Assembly: GCA_046756405.1 (NCBI GenBank) | Contig: JBHHWH010000004.1 | Span: 1-49,425 of the forward strand | Source: Acidimicrobiia bacterium | GTDB lineage: Bacteria; Actinomycetota; Acidimicrobiia; Spongiisociales; ZC4RG35 | Length of the DNA: 49,425 bases | Reading direction: 5' to 3' | Shown: positions 46,928-49,425 of the stretch, piece by piece | Numbering within the stretch: position 1 is the stretch's first letter | Layout of the letters: each line of letters opens with the position of its first letter | The notes under the pieces: model-generated | The model's database searches: none | What the model was told of the DNA's origin: nothing | Seen by the model: the letters and a program-made list of their open reading frames with translations, nothing else | Made by a program: the position numbers and the translations under genes

Positions 46928-48355
46928 TCAGGACCGCTCGAGGAGGAACTTGTCCGTTATCTCGGGAGTGTTGGTGGGGTAGTCCCCGGAGAGGCAGGCG
47001 GTGCAGAACCCGGCGTCGGCCACCCCGGTGGCCTCCAGCAGGCCGGGGAGGGAGAGGTAACCGAGGGTGTCGGCTCCGATGTGCTCCCGGATCTCCTCCA
47101 CCGACCTGTGGGCGGCGATGAGGGTGGAGCGGTCCGAGGTGTCCATCCCGTAGAAGCAGGGCCAGCGGTATGGCGGCGAGGAGACCCTCAGATGAACTTC
47201 GGCCGCCCCGGCTTCTTTCACCATGGCCACGAGCTGGCGGGTGGTGGACCCGCGGACGATGGAGTCGTCCACCAGGACCACCTTCCTTCCGGCCAGATTC
47301 TCGACGATGGGGTTCAGCTTGGTCCTGATGCCCTGGTCGCGCAGGCCTTGGGTAGGTTCGATGAAGGTTCGCCCCACATAGCGGTTTTTCACCAGACCAT
47401 CGTTGTAGGGCAGTCCGCTCTCAGCCGCATACCCCTGAGCGGCGGGGATTCCCGACTCGGGTACCGGGATGACCACATCGGCGTCGGCGGGATGCTCGCG
47501 GGCGAGCTGGCGTCCCATCTCGTGGCGGGCGGTGTGTACCCGCTTCCCGTAGAGGAGGCTGTCTGGGCGGGCGAAGTAGACCACTTCGAAGAGGCAGAGA
47601 TGAGGCCGCACCTCCTCGAAGGGGAAGTAGCTGCGCACCCCCACGGCATCGATGACCACCATCTCCCCGGCGCCGACGTCTCGAACGAAGCGGGCGCCGA
47701 CCAGGTCCAAGGCAGCGGTCTCCGAGGAGAGTACCCAGCCGCCGCCGGGCAGCTCGCCCAGGCAGAGGGGGCGGAATCCGTGGGGATCGCGCAGGCCCAC
47801 GATCCGACCCTGGTCCATGATGACCAGGGAGAACGCTCCCTTCCAGGTGGGGGCCACCGACATCAGAGCCAGCTCTAGACCTCGGCCGTCGGAGCGTCCG
47901 TCTATCACCGTCCGGGCGAGACTCTCCGCCATTAGATCGGAGTCGGTGGTAGCACCAGAGATGCCCAGCTCCTTGGCGAGGTCTGCGGTGTTCGTCAGGT
48001 TGCCGTTGTGGGCCAGGGCGACGCTGGTGTTGCCGACCTGACGGTGAGTGGGCTGAGCGTTGGCCCAGTTGGTCGACCCGGTGGTGGAATAACGGGTGTG
48101 GCCGATACCCAGGTGACCGTCCAATCCCGCCAAGGCAGGTTCGTCGAAGACCTGGGCCACCAATCCCAGGTCTTTGTAGACGGTGACGGTCTCCCCGTTA
48201 GAGGTGGCGATCCCCGCCGACTCCTGGCCCCGGTGCTGGAGAGCGAAGAGCCCGAAATAGATCAGGTGGGAGACCCGCTGGCTGGTCGAGTATACGGCGA
48301 AGACCCCGCAGGCTTCTCGGGGTTGTTGGTGGGTGCGGCCGGGGGCTTCGTGCAC
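46928..48355 (-). CDS. purF: Amidophosphoribosyltransferase
   Basis: Propeptide then CGVF, LQHRGQESAG, GHTRYST, HNGNL, YFARPDS, VDDSIVRG, CTAC. Start GTG 48355; ATG 48394 is an alternative. Confidence 0.96.
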   Translation of the reverse strand: MHEAPGRTHQQPREACGVFAVYSTSQRVSHLIYFGLFALQHRGQESAGIATSNGETVTVYKDLGLVAQVFDEPALAGLDGHLGIGHTRYSTTGSTNWANAQPTHRQVGNTSVALAHNGNLTNTADLAKELGISGATTDSDLMAESLARTVIDGRSDGRGLELALMSVAPTWKGAFSLVIMDQGRIVGLRDPHGFRPLCLGELPGGGWVLSSETAALDLVGARFVRDVGAGEMVVIDAVGVRSYFPFEEVRPHLCLFEVVYFARPDSLLYGKRVHTARHEMGRQLAREHPADADVVIPVPESGIPAAQGYAAESGLPYNDGLVKNRYVGRTFIEPTQGLRDQGIRTKLNPIVENLAGRKVVLVDDSIVRGSTTRQLVAMVKEAGAAEVHLRVSSPPYRWPCFYGMDTSDRSTLIAAHRSVEEIREHIGADTLGYLSLPGLLEATGVADAGFCTACLSGDYPTNTPEITDKFLLERS

Positions 48356-48397
48356 GGCGCCATCGTAGGGCCGTCGTCCGGTGAGGCCAGTCATCAG

Positions 48398-48916
48398 TCA
48401 ACCTGACGTGGGGAAGATTTCACGATAGGCCACGGCGAGGTCGAGATAGTGCTGTACTCCGTCCTCGGCGCGTTTGATCTCGTCCTCGGTCAGTTCCCGG
48501 ACGGGTCGCGCTGGAGCACCGACCCCCAGGGTCCACGGGGGAAGGGCCTTTCCCTCGGTGAGGATTGATCCTGCCGCCAGCCAGGCGCCCTCACCCACTC
48601 GGGAGCGGTTCAGTGCCCTGGCGCCGATGCCGATGAGGGCCCGGTCGGCGACTTCGGCGCCGTGGACGACGGCGTGGTGGCCGACGGTGACCCGTTCTCC
48701 GATCAGGCATGGCGTGTCCTCGTCGCAGTGGACAACCGTGTGGTCCTGGATGTTGGTCTCGGCGCCCACGGTGATCCGGTCGAACTCAGCCCGCAGCACC
48801 GCGCCAAAGAGGACAAAGACCTCGGGTCCGATCTCTACCTGTCCGTAGACATGGCTGCCGGGGGCGAGGATCGCCGTCGGGTGGATGCGGGGTTTGGGGA
48901 TGTGGGGCGGTTTCAA
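48398..48916 (-). CDS. Gamma carbonic anhydrase-like (hexapeptide repeat) protein
   Basis: AVLRAE, NIQD..VVH, VTVGHHAVVHG, GAPARPVR. Confidence 0.9.
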   Translation of the reverse strand: MKPPHIPKPRIHPTAILAPGSHVYGQVEIGPEVFVLFGAVLRAEFDRITVGAETNIQDHTVVHCDEDTPCLIGERVTVGHHAVVHGAEVADRALIGIGARALNRSRVGEGAWLAAGSILTEGKALPPWTLGVGAPARPVRELTEDEIKRAEDGVQHYLDLAVAYREIFPTSG

Positions 48917-49425
48917 CCCACGGCCTCCCGGAGGGCGGCGATCCGCTCCCGGATGTCACCAGCCGGCGCCCAACCCCGAGCCAGGAGGGCCAGCCTGGCA
49001 TCAACCAGCTCACCGATGAGGGTGGGGAACCCGGCGATACCCCAGTTTCGGGCTCGGGAGAAGTCAGCCCAGGCGGCCTTGCGAGCTTCCTCCGTGCTTA
49101 GGCGTTCTTCGAAGTCGTCGCCGACACCGAAGGGGCGGGCCAGGTCGGCGAGGACCGAGTAATCGGTGACGTCTTTCCCCTCGGCGTAGAAGCCATGCTG
49201 GATGCTGGTGAAGTATTCGAGGGTGCGGGCCTCGTCGATCTCGCGGAGCTGGGTGACCGCCACCGCCGCCGGCTCGGTGTCGTAGACCCAGCCGCTCCCT
49301 CGTTCGAGGAAGGCGGTGTCGAAGGGTTGGCCGGTCCGCTCGGCGATCTCCACCCAGTGGTGGCGAAGAAAGTCGGCCATGCGTTCGGTCAAAGGCTGGG
49401 CGGAGGGTCCGGGCCGCAAGCCGCC
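48913..49425 (-). CDS. DsbA family protein, 5'-partial
   Basis: GGLRPG, HW..I...TGQPF, YDTEPA, GFPTL. The N-terminal CxxC region lies outside the window. Confidence 0.85.
   Translation of the reverse strand, partial: GGLRPGPSAQPLTERMADFLRHHWVEIAERTGQPFDTAFLERGSGWVYDTEPAAVAVTQLREIDEARTLEYFTSIQHGFYAEGKDVTDYSVLADLARPFGVGDDFEERLSTEEARKAAWADFSRARNWGIAGFPTLIGELVDARLALLARGWAPAGDIRERIAALREAVG

Noticed and set aside
43872-48355. Purine catabolism and purF-purM as one regulated supercluster
   Set aside because: Convergent orientation, unrelated genes in between and no shared motif seen. The adjacency may be coincidental.

Overview
GC-rich bacterial chromosome segment, mostly housekeeping genes. The gene content (bS22, PAC2 chaperone, Rv1085c/Rv1086-like pair, tRNA-Gly(CCC) beside dcd, pervasive TANNNT leaderless starts) points to an actinobacterium, plausibly Acidimicrobiia (inference). 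From 1 to 32 kb: HDAC-family deacetylase, orphan divergent PilT behind a sigma28-like promoter, cca, haloalkane dehalogenase, pepP, pyrE, nfo, panB, rpsF-ssb-rpsR-rplI, dnaB, dcd, tRNA-Gly, thrB, bS22, M3/S9 peptidases, suhB, lnt, acs, trpB2. From 32.4 to 44.9 kb: a purine catabolism cluster (class III aminotransferase, allB, allantoicase-OHCU decarboxylase fusion, uraH, aldolase/citrate-lyase-fold gene, 8-oxoguanine deaminase, three xanthine dehydrogenase subunits, adenine deaminase) with no recognisable uricase or ureidoglycolate lyase. The cluster is interrupted by a truncated AbiEi/DUF559-like gene enclosed by two near-identical 49-bp palindromic repeats, the best candidate for an undescribed mobile or REP-like system. 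The window ends with the purF-purM unit. Two structured C-rich small-RNA candidates, a Cys-to-Ser Lnt and a barrel-only amidohydrolase are also flagged. All calls are from motif recognition by eye; no database searches or folding programs were run.
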